DNA from: an uncultured delta proteobacterium
Lineage (GTDB): Bacteria > Myxococcota_A > Polyangia > Polyangiales > Polyangiaceae
Assembly (NCBI GenBank): GCA_963716725.1
Contig: CAVQUB010000013.1
Location: 64,001-128,000 of the forward strand
Length of the DNA stretch: 64,000 nucleotides
Direction: 5' to 3'
Shown one piece after another: positions 62,930 through 64,000 of this stretch (its first letter is position 1; the number at the start of each line of letters is the position of its first letter). The notes beneath the pieces were generated by a model. That model did no database searches. It had not been told where the DNA came from and worked only from the letters and a program-made list of their open reading frames with translations. Made by a program: the position numbers and the translations under genes.

Positions 62930-64000
62930 CGTAAGGCAATCGAACTGCCAAATTCCACCGAGTCGAAGGGTACGCGGCGTCGATGGTCGGGTCGAGTGCT
63001 GCCCACGAACCCCTGCGGGGCGGCCGAAAGGCGCCGTTCGGCAGAGCTTCTCCGCGTCGCGCCCGGCGCAGGACACAGCTCCGCCCTCGGCGAGGCGCTC
63101 ACCGACGCCTCACCCCTCCCCGAACCCCAACATCAACTGCTCGGGCACGCGCACCTTCGCGTGCTCGACCGGTGGCGCTCGCGGCCCGAGGCCATGCTCC
63201 GCGAGCAAGCGGGTGCTCTCCGCGCGCGTCTTGGCGAGCTCGGCCCAGCGCATCGGACCCGAGCAGCGCGGGCAGGTCTCGACGTCGGCGGCGAAGACAT
63301 GCGCGAGCAGCCACGCCCAGCGGTTGCGCGGCGCCGGCGCGTCGTCCCGCTCGCCGAGCAGCTCGAGCTGATCGCCGCGCGCGGGAGGGGGCTTGTTCGC
63401 GGTCGCGTCGCGCGTGGGCGTCGGGACGACGCGCCGGCGCCGCGAAGAGTGGCTCGACAAGACGCCGAAGTAGCGGAGCAAATGGAATCGTGGCGGCGGC
63501 ACCGCGGCGACCAGACGCGGGATGATGTCCGCGGGCTCGAACACGAGCGCGCGCGTGCCGTCCCGCCACGCCCGCTTGAAGCCGAGCTCGAGCTTGCCGT
63601 CCGCGCGGCGCTCGAGGCGGTCCTGCGCGACGGGAGGGCGTGTAATGTACTTGCAGAGCCGCTCCACTCTCCGGCGATCCCGGCCGTCCACGACCTGCAC
63701 GGCGTGGATGTTGATGCCGCGGACCTCGGCGATGGGCTGGTCGGTCGCGTCGACGATGGGCTGGTCGGTCGCGTCGACGGCGCGAGGGCGCGCGGGTGGC
63801 TCCGGCGACGCGATGAGTCGGAGCGGCGGCTGGCCGGCGCGGTCTCCGCTGACCGAGATGCCCCGGGCCGCAGCGGCGTAGCAGGCAGCGAGGCCGGGCT
63901 CGTCGAGGGCGAGGTCGGGTGGTGAGCCGTCGTCGAGCTCGGGGTCGAGGCTCCGTCCGTGCGCGCGCAGGATCTTCTCGATGCGTGTCGCCGTGCGTGA
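62930..64000 (-). mobile_element. IS91-like element copy E (runs off the window)
   Basis: Appears identical to the sequence from 48472 onward. Confidence 0.93.

Overview
High-GC window that looks myxobacterial (Polyangiaceae-like, judged from Ser/Thr kinases, Cys-rich lipoproteins and a CarH-like regulator). Bases 1-17.3 kb are ordinary core genes: LysM protein, pssA, glutaredoxin, LysR regulator, dioxygenase, lipase, CarH-like regulator, astB, two kinases, EEP hydrolase and glyA. Bases 17.3-64 kb are an accessory region. It holds DUF559 nuclease copies, several IS91-like (HUH/Y2) transposon copies, two IS4 elements, DDE integrases, a class C-like group II intron, a teneurin-like Rhs gene with orphan tip/immunity modules, a broken ABC exporter, and a five-unit array of HExxH-protein tips paired with FGE-fold lipoproteins. 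Main observation 1: one family of double-hairpin elements (GTC..GAC stem, second stem, AG..GGGGC tail) sits at the junction of tandem duplications in three unrelated loci, and the sequence restarts inside the upstream gene a few bases after the element. This suggests an element-directed cassette-array generator, with DUF559 as candidate enzyme. Main observation 2: a 27-nt frame-preserving hairpin micro-element has inserted repeatedly into IS91-like transposase genes and is itself the target of both IS4 elements. Several single-base frameshifts may be assembly errors. All protein-family calls come from motif recognition by eye, not database searches.
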